A stretch of 60,509 nt of DNA from a virus (taxonomy: Duplodnaviria > Caudoviricetes). The notes below the pieces were generated by a model, which saw nothing but the letters and a program-made list of their open reading frames with translations, was not told the DNA's origin and ran no database searches. Made by a program: the position numbers and the translations under genes. Shown here piece after piece: positions 38,618 through 47,125 of this stretch. Position 1 is the first letter of the stretch. Each line of letters starts with the position of its first letter. The stretch is from the IMG/VR virus record IMGVR_UViG_3300037504_000266, positions 1 through 60,509 of that record; one strand, written 5' to 3'.

Positions 38618-38680
38618 TCGCCGCCGAAACGCCGCCCCGCGCGGCGTCTGCCGGGCGCGAAGACCCGGCACTGATGAGGC
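38618..38680 (+). ncRNA. Hammerhead ribozyme, type II
   Basis: gcc-GAAA-cgccgc/gcggcg-UC cleavage site-ugccggg/cccggca-CUGAUGA-ggc; pseudoknot UCGC:GCGA. Confidence 0.9.
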
Positions 38681-38693
38681 AAAGGAGTAGAAA

Positions 38694-39101
38694 ATGAAAT
38701 ACTATATTAACGAAATCAGCAAGGAAGAAGCAATCACGCTGCTCGCTCGTGCTATCCTTGATGCTATCAAGGACGAACGAGAATTGGGCAACGAAGCGAA
38801 GCCCGAAGACTACCTCGACGCGGCGCGTATAAATACGCGCCGGACGCGCGACATCTCCCAGTCATCCAACGGGGGCGACTACAGCCGCTGGATCGACATT
38901 GATCCGGTGGTTGCGGGTGAACTAATTGACCTTGACGGCTGGGTCAATCCCAGCCCCGGCGTGCTGATCGGCGAGGATTGGTCGGCAGATTTTGACATCC
39001 GGGACTGGGGCGGCGCGGAATACTTCGTGCCGGATACCACGCCCGAAGAACTAGTCAGCGCGGCAGTAGCTACTCTGCTGCAGCAGGCTACCGATGACTA
39101 A
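38694..39101 (+). CDS. Acidic hypothetical protein downstream of the hammerhead
   Basis: AAGGAG RBS immediately after the ribozyme. Confidence 0.7.
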   Translation: MKYYINEISKEEAITLLARAILDAIKDERELGNEAKPEDYLDAARINTRRTRDISQSSNGGDYSRWIDIDPVVAGELIDLDGWVNPSPGVLIGEDWSADFDIRDWGGAEYFVPDTTPEELVSAAVATLLQQATDD

Positions 39102-39297
39102 CCTCACGGCGCATCAAGTGGCAGCCGTGCATGGCTGCCACATCCGAACCGTCCGTCGTGCCCTACGAGCGGGCGACCTCCCCGGCGCATACAAGGTCGG
39201 GGAGGGGAGCCGCGCGGTGTGGGTGATCCCCCGCACGGCGGCAGAGCAGTGGCGGCCCCGGAAGGTGGGGCGACCCCGGACGAAGAACAACGACTAA
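39094..39297 (+). CDS. Excisionase-like HTH (HTH_17) protein
   Basis: LTAHQVAAVHGCHIRTVRRALRAGDLPG...W.IP...GRPR. Confidence 0.75.
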   Translation: MTNLTAHQVAAVHGCHIRTVRRALRAGDLPGAYKVGEGSRAVWVIPRTAAEQWRPRKVGRPRTKNND

Positions 39298-39344
39298 TCC
39301 CCGAAGGGGATTGCGCACACGGCGCATATAGGCCAAAGGAGGCC

Positions 39345-39977
39345 ATGATGAACCTGAAGGAAGCTCGCAAAGTATATAATGTGGGAGGCACGTTGGTTAT
39401 CAACGTCACAAAGCACCCCGTGAACTTCGAGGTTCACGGCGAGATTGTCGTTGTGCCGCCGTCTGGCGTTGTTCTGTCTGCCGAACCACGCGAAAGCGTG
39501 GTCGAGCAGTGGGACAACGTAGGGGCCAACCAATGGAGCGCTCCTAGCGGCGCGGCGGACGTAACTTTGGTCAAGACGTCTTTTGTACCGACTGCTCAGG
39601 GGCTTAAGGACTTGGAAATTTTACAAGACCTCATACAGGGCGCACGGGTGTTGTTCGTAGGCAGCATCATTGCTGCCCAGGCGTATGGACCGCCGGTGGC
39701 GGGCATGACGCCCGTGCCCGGCTTCGAGCGGGTCCCACCCGCTGAGAAACTGATGAACCCGCACAAATTCACGATTTTTCCCAGGGACGACTTTAGGTTT
39801 GATGCGGAAAACGAGGTTGAACGCAGACGCGCTGCGCTTGAACTCTTCGACGAAATTTTCGAGGGGATGGTTCAAGCCGATATGTATGGGCAGGGGTCGT
39901 ATGGTTGGCCCCCGCAGGAGAAGTTCAACAACCTCCGCCGGTTGTTGGGCGCAGGGGAGGCCCCTACAAAAACCTAA
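39345..39977 (+). CDS. Hypothetical protein
   Basis: AAGGAGG RBS. Confidence 0.65.
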   Translation: MMNLKEARKVYNVGGTLVINVTKHPVNFEVHGEIVVVPPSGVVLSAEPRESVVEQWDNVGANQWSAPSGAADVTLVKTSFVPTAQGLKDLEILQDLIQGARVLFVGSIIAAQAYGPPVAGMTPVPGFERVPPAEKLMNPHKFTIFPRDDFRFDAENEVERRRAALELFDEIFEGMVQADMYGQGSYGWPPQEKFNNLRRLLGAGEAPTKT

Positions 39978-41968
39978 CCCCCCACCCCCGGCACCGCATG
40001 ACCCCCGCCCGAGTACGCGGGGGTTTGTGTTGCAACGGGCCGTCGCCGCACTGCCGGGCACGCCGCCACCTCCTCAACCCAGCGCGGATCGGCGGTGATA
40101 AACCCCGTTCCAATCCGTAACCACGTTTGCAAGTTTGCCTCGATTTCAACACACGCATGAAACGGCAATCCGCCCGCAATGACGCTGTACAGGCTTGGCC
40201 CTTCCCGCACGTTGATACCGCGCGGGGCGATAACGTAGGCATAGAGCGCCGCGTCTGGCGGTGTCGGTTCCCCTAGCGGCGGCGCTTCCTCCGGCGTTGG
40301 CGTTGGCTGCGCCGTTGCCGCGTTCGTCGCATCTGGCGGCGGCGTAACCACCGTGTCAGCGCGCACGAATTCCGTATAGTGCCCTGCCGTGTCATAGACT
40401 CGTACAAATAATGGATAGGCGGCGCTGTCGTATGTCGCTGTCGGCAGCGGCGTAGCACCCCCGCCCCGCCCTGGCAGAACGCCAAACGATGCGGCATGTT
40501 CCCCCGGTCGTAAACCTTGCCCATTCGTGACGGCGTGCAAAAACGCGCCCGCTGGCACCGTGATATTGGCCGTGTACGGCGTATTGCGTAGCAAGGCCGC
40601 CGACCGTGCCACCATGTAGCCGGTCGGGTCCCACATGGCGACCAGTGGCGCAAAGCTGATGACGTATTTTGTCGCCCGCTCAGACCCCAACCCACACACG
40701 TTGTTGGCGACGCTGGTCAGGCTCTCCCCGCCCAACACACGGTCACGCCACGTATTGGCGAATGGCTGCATATACACATCGCTGCCAAACCCGGCCCATT
40801 CCAGCGCGGCGGCGGGTAAGCTAAACCCCTCAGCAGCAAGGTCAACGGCGCTAATCATGGTCAACGCGGCGTACTCGGTGCCCTGGCAGCCATACGGCTG
40901 ATGTCCATAGCCCGGCACACGGTGATCCCAATAGTAGAAGTCCGCTTCGGGGCGGAATAGCTGCTCAATGGTATGCTCCATAAGCTCCCGCGCGCCCATG
41001 TTCCACAGAGACGCATCGCGTCCGCTGTGCGCTGCCAGCCTGCCTACGTAGTAGTGCAGGCGAATAATCGCGGTATACGGGTGGGCCAAGTCTTTGAAGG
41101 GCAGCGCGTTGTAGCTACCTTCTTTGTCGCCCCAACGCGGGATGTAGTCATTAAACAGGTAATCAATCCAGAACGCGGCGCGATCCGTGTACACATCGGC
41201 CTCGACTAGCGCCCAGGTGTAGGCGACAATCAGACTGTGACACAGGGCGCTATCCATACTGTGGTCATCACGCCCCCACCAGTAATGTGACGGATCGGCA
41301 TACGGTGCCATCCACACCAAATCACGGTAGCCATCGCCATTATGATCGGATACGTTCCCCGCCACCAAATCCATAAGTCGCACGACTTCGGCCAGCACTT
41401 GCGCATCGCCGGTCACGCGGAAGGTTGTCAGCGCCGCTGTCACGCCCGTGTTGAGCGTCCGGGCGCAGCGGTACAAATCCCCACTGGCGGCGGCGCTGTC
41501 GAGGTCCGGGTACTGGCGGTCGCTGTCCCACAACGCAGACAGGAAGGCCGCGTAATGCCCCCGCTGGTTGTCGGGTAGTTGCGCCGCGTCAAAGGACGTG
41601 ACGTTGTGATCCCACACGTCACCCTCGCCCGGCGGTGTATTCGTCGGCGTGGCAGACGGCGCGGGCGTGGTCGGCGTATTGGTCGGAGTCGGGGTCGCCG
41701 AGGGCGTCCAGGTGGGCGACGGCGTTGCGGTATGCGTGGCGCTCGGTTCTCCGGTCGGCGCATCTGTTGGGCGTGGCGTGTTTGTGGGCGGTGGCGTTGG
41801 TGTGTCGGTGGGCTGCTGTGTTGGTGCAGCCGTGCCCGGTTGCCCGATGGCAACGCGGAAGGGTGTCCCATCCCGCACGCCATTGATTTCCACCGGCTCC
41901 ACGTCGATGACGCCGCACGCTGCCAGCAGCAGCGCCAGCGCAATACCTGCGATGTGTCGTATCTTCAT
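39974..41968 (-). CDS. Lipoprotein with Pro/Thr linkers, helical catalytic-like core and C-terminal SH3b-like domain
   Basis: Lipobox LLAAC, TPTNTP repeats, GINVREGPS...W (SH3b). Confidence 0.75.
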   Translation of the reverse strand: MKIRHIAGIALALLLAACGVIDVEPVEINGVRDGTPFRVAIGQPGTAAPTQQPTDTPTPPPTNTPRPTDAPTGEPSATHTATPSPTWTPSATPTPTNTPTTPAPSATPTNTPPGEGDVWDHNVTSFDAAQLPDNQRGHYAAFLSALWDSDRQYPDLDSAAASGDLYRCARTLNTGVTAALTTFRVTGDAQVLAEVVRLMDLVAGNVSDHNGDGYRDLVWMAPYADPSHYWWGRDDHSMDSALCHSLIVAYTWALVEADVYTDRAAFWIDYLFNDYIPRWGDKEGSYNALPFKDLAHPYTAIIRLHYYVGRLAAHSGRDASLWNMGARELMEHTIEQLFRPEADFYYWDHRVPGYGHQPYGCQGTEYAALTMISAVDLAAEGFSLPAAALEWAGFGSDVYMQPFANTWRDRVLGGESLTSVANNVCGLGSERATKYVISFAPLVAMWDPTGYMVARSAALLRNTPYTANITVPAGAFLHAVTNGQGLRPGEHAASFGVLPGRGGGATPLPTATYDSAAYPLFVRVYDTAGHYTEFVRADTVVTPPPDATNAATAQPTPTPEEAPPLGEPTPPDAALYAYVIAPRGINVREGPSLYSVIAGGLPFHACVEIEANLQTWLRIGTGFITADPRWVEEVAACPAVRRRPVATQTPAYSGGGHAVPGVGG

Positions 41969-41980
41969 AGCTGCTCCCTG

Positions 41981-42081
41981 CCCCCTATTTTTTAGGGGTC
42001 TTCAACGAATTTGCAAAATTGGTGCAAAAAGGTATTGGCTTTTGCTCTATAATGGTATATACTTAAGACAGTTAAGTAAAC
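41981..42081 (+). promoter_or_regulatory. Early promoter with operator and conserved +1 region
   Basis: CCCCCT-N7-AGGGG, TTGGCT-17-TATACT, then TAAGACAGTTAAGTAAAC. Confidence 0.8.
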
Positions 42082-42109
42082 TACAGCATGAGCTAATCAG
42101 GAGATACCA

Positions 42110-42427
42110 ATGAACGAGTACATCCGCACCAATGATGAAGGCGCTAGCGTTTTGGACTACGGCCTGCTTAACGTGGCCGACCGCATCAACTTTCTCGAAG
42201 ACTGCCGCCGGATTGCAGCCAACATCCTTCTTGACCTTGAAGACGAAGACTTCTCGAACGCTGAGAAGGCAGAGAGTATCAACAGCGCCGCATCCGTCGC
42301 GTTGGATCATCTGTATCTGGTCGATGGCAACGGTGATGACGTTGAGGTGGACCCGGACACGCTGAACATGATGCGTGACACGATTGAGAGCGCTCTTGCT
42401 GAGCATTACGGTATTGAGTTGGCATAA
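42110..42427 (+). CDS. Highly acidic hypothetical protein
   Basis: AGGAG RBS; Asp/Glu-rich. Confidence 0.7.
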   Translation: MNEYIRTNDEGASVLDYGLLNVADRINFLEDCRRIAANILLDLEDEDFSNAEKAESINSAASVALDHLYLVDGNGDDVEVDPDTLNMMRDTIESALAEHYGIELA

Positions 42428-42479
42428 TCAGGCCCCCTACCACAATCGACAACAGCATGACCTAAACAGGAGACACGAC

Positions 42480-42722
42480 ATGAAAAGCAAGAGCAAGAAA
42501 ATCAACAGCGTAATTGAAAACGGAATGACACTAGTAAAAAAACTTCCCAATGACCGATTTATACACGGATGGTACGATATCGAGGCCGATCTGTTCGTCG
42601 TTGAGGCATTCACTTACGGAATGCCTAGAGACTGGCACACCGAACTCAATACCGTTGAAGAATTCGAGGCTGAGCTTCGAGATACCGCTAATCTACGCTG
42701 CTGGGGGCTACACTTTCTGTAG
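42480..42722 (+). CDS. Hypothetical protein
   Basis: AGGAG RBS in a duplicated leader. Confidence 0.65.
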   Translation: MKSKSKKINSVIENGMTLVKKLPNDRFIHGWYDIEADLFVVEAFTYGMPRDWHTELNTVEEFEAELRDTANLRCWGLHFL

Positions 42723-42778
42723 TCCTTGTTTATCCACCCGCCCCGCCCCGCGCGGGGCCTTTCCCTTTGGAGGTTCCC

Positions 42779-42982
42779 ATGCCAAACCAACCCAACGACG
42801 TTGTGAACATCTCGTTCAAACTCACTCGCGCCGAACGCGCCGCCGTAAAAGAACTGGCGGACGGCAACGTCTCGGCCTATCTCCGCACCCTGGCTAGGGC
42901 AGACGCCGCCAAACGCGAACTGTCCTGGCCGGATGCCGCGCTAACCGACACGCGCGGCAAGTACCCCCGCCGCAACGAGTAG
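42779..42982 (+). CDS. Ribbon-helix-helix regulator (putative)
   Basis: VNISFKLTRAERAAVKELADGNVSAYLRTL; GGAGG RBS. Confidence 0.7.
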   Translation: MPNQPNDVVNISFKLTRAERAAVKELADGNVSAYLRTLARADAAKRELSWPDAALTDTRGKYPRRNE

Positions 42983-43010
42983 CCCCAGGGCGGCCCCGCG
43001 CCGCCCGGTG

Positions 43011-43479
43011 CTATTTAAACACGCCTGCCAGGGCGTTATGCCAATCAACGTCCTCGCCTACTGTGATGGTCTCCCCCCACGTAACATATGGCGGCCTGAA
43101 GGTTGGCCCCACTACAATCGGATAGCGCGGCAAGGTGGCGATGAGCGCGTCTTGTTGTTGTACGCGCGCTTCCAATTCCGCGATGCGTGCCTCAAGTGTT
43201 TCGATGCGTTTTAGCAGCTCACCTTTCTTCATGGTCATATACCCTTTCAATCCTCGTGCGCCCTTCGCGCGCGCTCCACCCTGCCAGTCCGGGATATACA
43301 CAACGCCCGGCATAGATGATCAGGCCCGGCAAATGCAGCGTAATCGACGGATCGGTATGGTCGATATGCACCCCTACCGAAAGCCACCAATTTGACGCGA
43401 GCTGTATGTCCCACTGGCGGCGGCAGGTGGGCTTGCGCCATTCATCCGGTAGCAGCTTCCGTATCATCCGTTTCCTCAT
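43011..43479 (-). other. Two small hypothetical CDSs (43011 to about 43238, coiled coil; 43219-43479)
   Basis: Coupled ORFs at the end of the late operon. Confidence 0.5.
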
Positions 43480-43882
43480 CTAGCCAGTGCTGAAAATCAA
43501 ACGTCTTGGTCATGCCCCGCGCCAGCGTGCTCACAAGACGTTCCTCGGCGCGTTCATACAGGTCGGTCAGTGTATCTCGGTGGCCCTCCGGCGCAAACTC
43601 CACAATGTGCGCTACCGTGTCGCTCATCTCGGATAGCGCAATATGCAGCACCTCATGGGCCACAAGCTCAAATCCATCCTTGTCCGGCTGAATATCCCGG
43701 TCGAAGAACAGTCGCGCCCGTTTGTAGTGCGATTGCAGCGATGCCAGCCCGTCGGCGCTTTCGTTCCCTGCCGGGCGCTGGCTGGCGTTGTCTGGATAGA
43801 TGTCGATCTGCCATGCGTCTAAAAACAACATGGCAGCTAGGCGGCTCGCAATCGTAAAAACCCACTCCGGCACCCCTGCCAT
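43442..43882 (-). CDS. HExxH zincin-like metalloprotein
   Basis: LVAHEVLHI...EERLV. Confidence 0.65.
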   Translation of the reverse strand: MAGVPEWVFTIASRLAAMLFLDAWQIDIYPDNASQRPAGNESADGLASLQSHYKRARLFFDRDIQPDKDGFELVAHEVLHIALSEMSDTVAHIVEFAPEGHRDTLTDLYERAEERLVSTLARGMTKTFDFQHWLDEETDDTEAATG

Positions 43883-44067
43883 TACTGTCCCTCGTGTGCC
43901 TCGGCTGGCTTCGCCTCATCGTCGCGCCAATCATCCGGCACGGCATCCGTCGTGTGCAGCCCGGTATCCAGCAGGTGCAACGCTTCGCGCGCCGCCACGT
44001 TGGGCAGCGTGCTCAGCGCTTTCCGAATACGCTGCACGTCGTCTCGTGCGATTAGTAGCCAATCCAT
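43882..44067 (-). CDS. Hypothetical protein
   Basis: TAATG coupling at both ends. Confidence 0.55.
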   Translation of the reverse strand: MDWLLIARDDVQRIRKALSTLPNVAAREALHLLDTGLHTTDAVPDDWRDDEAKPAEAHEGQ

Positions 44068-44408
44068 TAACTATCCTTTTCTCGTCCTGGTCGTGGCGTA
44101 CCAATTTGCGCGTCAAGAAAGTCCGCCGCCGCTGCAATGGCAGCGGGCAGCAGCACCGACCAGGGTACAGTCGGCGCAAGTTTGAGCAGCGCCCGGATTG
44201 TCTTATCAGTCGGGTCGTTGACTGCCTCAATTGCTTGTGGTTCATAGCGGCGCAGCACAAACCACGCTTGCTTGACGTTCATGACGCCCTGCGGTGCAAA
44301 TTTTGCGAACAGGTACATAGCACCGGAGACGCTCAACACGCCAGTCAGTGTGCCGAGCAGGTAGCCGAGATATTGCCAAAAGGTTTTATCTGCGAAAAGC
44401 GCGTCCAT
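44067..44408 (-). CDS. Small membrane protein (holin-like)
   Basis: Two hydrophobic segments; AGGAGG RBS. Confidence 0.55.
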   Translation of the reverse strand: MDALFADKTFWQYLGYLLGTLTGVLSVSGAMYLFAKFAPQGVMNVKQAWFVLRRYEPQAIEAVNDPTDKTIRALLKLAPTVPWSVLLPAAIAAAADFLDAQIGTPRPGREKDS

Positions 44409-44416
44409 ATATCCTC

Positions 44417-44980
44417 CTATTGATACGTGTTTGCTAGGGCCACCAACGGCGCGGCAGGCACAATGGCATAGTTGTAATGGTCCAGCCGCCCAGAGCGATA
44501 ACACGCCGCCTGCTCTGGCGCGGTGGGGCGCACACTACACGCAATGCGCCATTGACGAGCATTGTCGGTGGCCGGGTCCCAGGCGCGCACAAAGGCGACC
44601 ACGAGCACATCTGTGTAGCCGCCGGGATCAACCTTGCGATTATGCCAATTCCACGCAGTCCAGTTAATATCAGAGGGCAAATGCTCGACGTATTCCCATA
44701 CTGGAATGGCGGCCAAATCGCGCGCCAGTGCTGCTAGGTCCATATCACACGACCGGACAGCGGGCGGTCGTGATAGGTCGCATACGCCGCCGCTGCTCTG
44801 CGCAACCCACTCGTGATAATCATTGCCGTCGTTAAGTTGCAGCGTGACGGCGAACACCTGCGTCGGGTCGAGGCCACGCAACAGCGCCCCGGTTTGGGCA
44901 GTGGCGGGCGTGGGAAGCACGAACACAAACACGGCAAGCAAAAGCAGGTATCGTATACTGTTCTCCATCCAGGTTGCCAT
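44417..44980 (-). CDS. Secreted hypothetical protein
   Basis: Signal peptide RYLLLLAVFVFVLPTPATA-Q. Confidence 0.6.
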   Translation of the reverse strand: MATWMENSIRYLLLLAVFVFVLPTPATAQTGALLRGLDPTQVFAVTLQLNDGNDYHEWVAQSSGGVCDLSRPPAVRSCDMDLAALARDLAAIPVWEYVEHLPSDINWTAWNWHNRKVDPGGYTDVLVVAFVRAWDPATDNARQWRIACSVRPTAPEQAACYRSGRLDHYNYAIVPAAPLVALANTYQ

Positions 44981-46467
44981 TACGCCACCCCGCCTTTCTG
45001 CGCCAGGTCTAAGATTTGCGCGCCCGTGAGCGCCGTGCGGTAAAGTTGGACGTGAGCAATATACCCATCCCACACGTTCTGGGGTATGTTGTTTGTCGCG
45101 CCGATTGCAGCGGTGTTGCTGGCAAGATTAGCCGCCCATGTTCCCACGCTCGTGTCGGTTTGCAGCGCCGTCCCGCTGTCCTGGTAATATTTGACTTCCC
45201 CGCTCGCCCCCGCATTCACGTCCCACGTCATCGCCAGCATAAACCAATCGGTAGTTGAAATTGTCAGGTCGTAGAGCTTGTTGCCGCCAGAGTCCTCGCG
45301 TAACAGTCGAATGGTGTTGTTCGCCACCTTGAAAATACGGATGCGGTTATTGCCATCGCCCTGGATTGACACCAGCTCTTGTTGGCTTCCGTCCGTCCAG
45401 ACTCCTGCCCCGGATACCTGGGCAAACACCACCAGCGTGCCCGCGTCTGGGTTAAAGAAGCTGTTCAGGTCCACCGAGTACACATCCACCACGTCGTTCA
45501 GTCCATCGAACAGGTACGCCAGCGTTTCATTTGGCCCCGTTTGCCCGACGGTGGCCCCGGTGGTAGAGCCATCCAGGTTGCTGTCATTGGCGGCAATATT
45601 GAGTTGCGTGGTCGATACATCGTCAATACTGCCATCAAAATCCGATGTGGCGCTGAATACCAAATCCGTGCCGTTGGCGACGACCGTCTCGGTGAACGTA
45701 TCGTTGCTACTGCGCGCTGTGCCCGCCTGGGTTCCGCATTTCGGCGTAATGCTGCCCGCCGACCGTCCCGACACCGTAAATGTCACCTCGTAGCTACGCC
45801 CACTGCCCAAAATACCAGCCTGGGTCAAATCGCTGGCGGTACCGGCGGTGTGTGTGGCGTTGCCCCCGCTGATCGTCCAGCCCGACCCTTTACTCCACAC
45901 TGTATCGCTCGCAAAGTCACCGTTGATAACGATATCGCGCCCCGTTGCCAGCGCGGTATTGTAGGCATCAACCGTCGTCCCCGATTCCTCTTGCATGGCC
46001 CAATATACGCCACCATTGGCATCGATGATGGTTTGGATTTGTGTCACCATCGAGGCCCACACGTCCCCGCTGTGCTCATAATTCTTAATCCAGTTGCCAT
46101 CTTTGAGCAGCGTGGCAGTAAATTCGATCTCATTCTCATACGGGAATTGGTAATCAAGCGACTCAACCGTCACGGTGCACCCATATTTGGGCATGTTCCC
46201 GGCAGTCCCTTCGGGTCCCCAGTAAATGGTGCCGTAATTTCCTACTGCCAACGCCGACCGGATAGCACTTCCTGCCGTTCCGTTGCTGAGTACCACCAGT
46301 TCCATCGTGGCACTTTTGACGCCTTCGACGTGGCTTTCATCACTATCCGCCCCGGCAGTTGTATCATAAAGCCCAGAGGATTCGCCCGTGTCGAGGGCGC
46401 GGAAATCGCCCGATAGGTCTACGCCTCGAAATTCGACGTATAAATCTCGCCCGCTATGATGTGTCAT
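44980..46467 (-). CDS. Tail-tube paralog fused to carbohydrate-binding/LamG-like domains
   Basis: The first 137 aa align without gaps to the tail tube protein. LamG motifs YWAMQE, YLFDG, WFMLAMTWD and GYIAHVQLYRTALT. Confidence 0.85.
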   Translation of the reverse strand: MTHHSGRDLYVEFRGVDLSGDFRALDTGESSGLYDTTAGADSDESHVEGVKSATMELVVLSNGTAGSAIRSALAVGNYGTIYWGPEGTAGNMPKYGCTVTVESLDYQFPYENEIEFTATLLKDGNWIKNYEHSGDVWASMVTQIQTIIDANGGVYWAMQEESGTTVDAYNTALATGRDIVINGDFASDTVWSKGSGWTISGGNATHTAGTASDLTQAGILGSGRSYEVTFTVSGRSAGSITPKCGTQAGTARSSNDTFTETVVANGTDLVFSATSDFDGSIDDVSTTQLNIAANDSNLDGSTTGATVGQTGPNETLAYLFDGLNDVVDVYSVDLNSFFNPDAGTLVVFAQVSGAGVWTDGSQQELVSIQGDGNNRIRIFKVANNTIRLLREDSGGNKLYDLTISTTDWFMLAMTWDVNAGASGEVKYYQDSGTALQTDTSVGTWAANLASNTAAIGATNNIPQNVWDGYIAHVQLYRTALTGAQILDLAQKGGVA

Positions 46468-47051
46468 GTATCGCCCTCCCCGGCGTACTGCGCCGCCTCC
46501 CCTGCTTCCGGTTCCGACGCGGCTTTGTCGTGCGCGCCTTCAACGGCATTGGTGCGCAGCAGTGCGGCCACCTGTTCGATTTGCGAATTGGCCGATAGCA
46601 GACTGGTAGCCGCGCGTGTTATTGAGTTTTGTGCTTTGGCAAACAGCGGTTCAACGCGCGTCTGTACCTCTTCTGCGGTAAGCGTTGGCACTTCGGCGAT
46701 GGCGTTTTTGACTTCCCCCAGCAACTCCAACGCGGCGCCGGTGGACTGTTGCGCCTCGCGTCGCCCGGCTATAATGAGATCGTGCGTTTGCGCCGTATGG
46801 TTGCGTGCCCGCTGATCCATTTGTTCCAGGCGGTCCGACATACGATCCAATACTTGCACCTGTTTTTCTTCTATGTCGTTTCGGCGTTGATCCACCGCTA
46901 ATTCCTCCTTGCGTGTATCGCGCCATGCCGTGATCCACGTTGTCGCCAGTGCGGATAGGGCGCGGATAATCAGAACCGCTCCTGCGACGACTGCGATAGC
47001 AACGCCATAATCTCCGATGTATTCCTCAATACCCATTCGTTTTTTCCCCAC
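46464..47051 (-). CDS. Membrane-anchored coiled-coil protein (possible lysis protein)
   Basis: N-terminal TM segment followed by coiled coil. Confidence 0.6.
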   Translation of the reverse strand: MGKKRMGIEEYIGDYGVAIAVVAGAVLIIRALSALATTWITAWRDTRKEELAVDQRRNDIEEKQVQVLDRMSDRLEQMDQRARNHTAQTHDLIIAGRREAQQSTGAALELLGEVKNAIAEVPTLTAEEVQTRVEPLFAKAQNSITRAATSLLSANSQIEQVAALLRTNAVEGAHDKAASEPEAGEAAQYAGEGDT

Positions 47052-47125
47052 TCCGGGGCCTTTTATGCTATACTGTCTGTAGCCCGCTCTGCGCGCTGGC
47101 CCTCACGTCACGCGCGGCGCGGGCA

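Noticed and set aside
39094-39297. Excisionase implying an integration module
   Set aside because: HTH_17 proteins are common regulators, and no recombinase or att site was found nearby.
41620-41840. Low-complexity repeats
   Set aside because: They encode the Pro/Thr linker of the lipoprotein and are not a DNA-level element.
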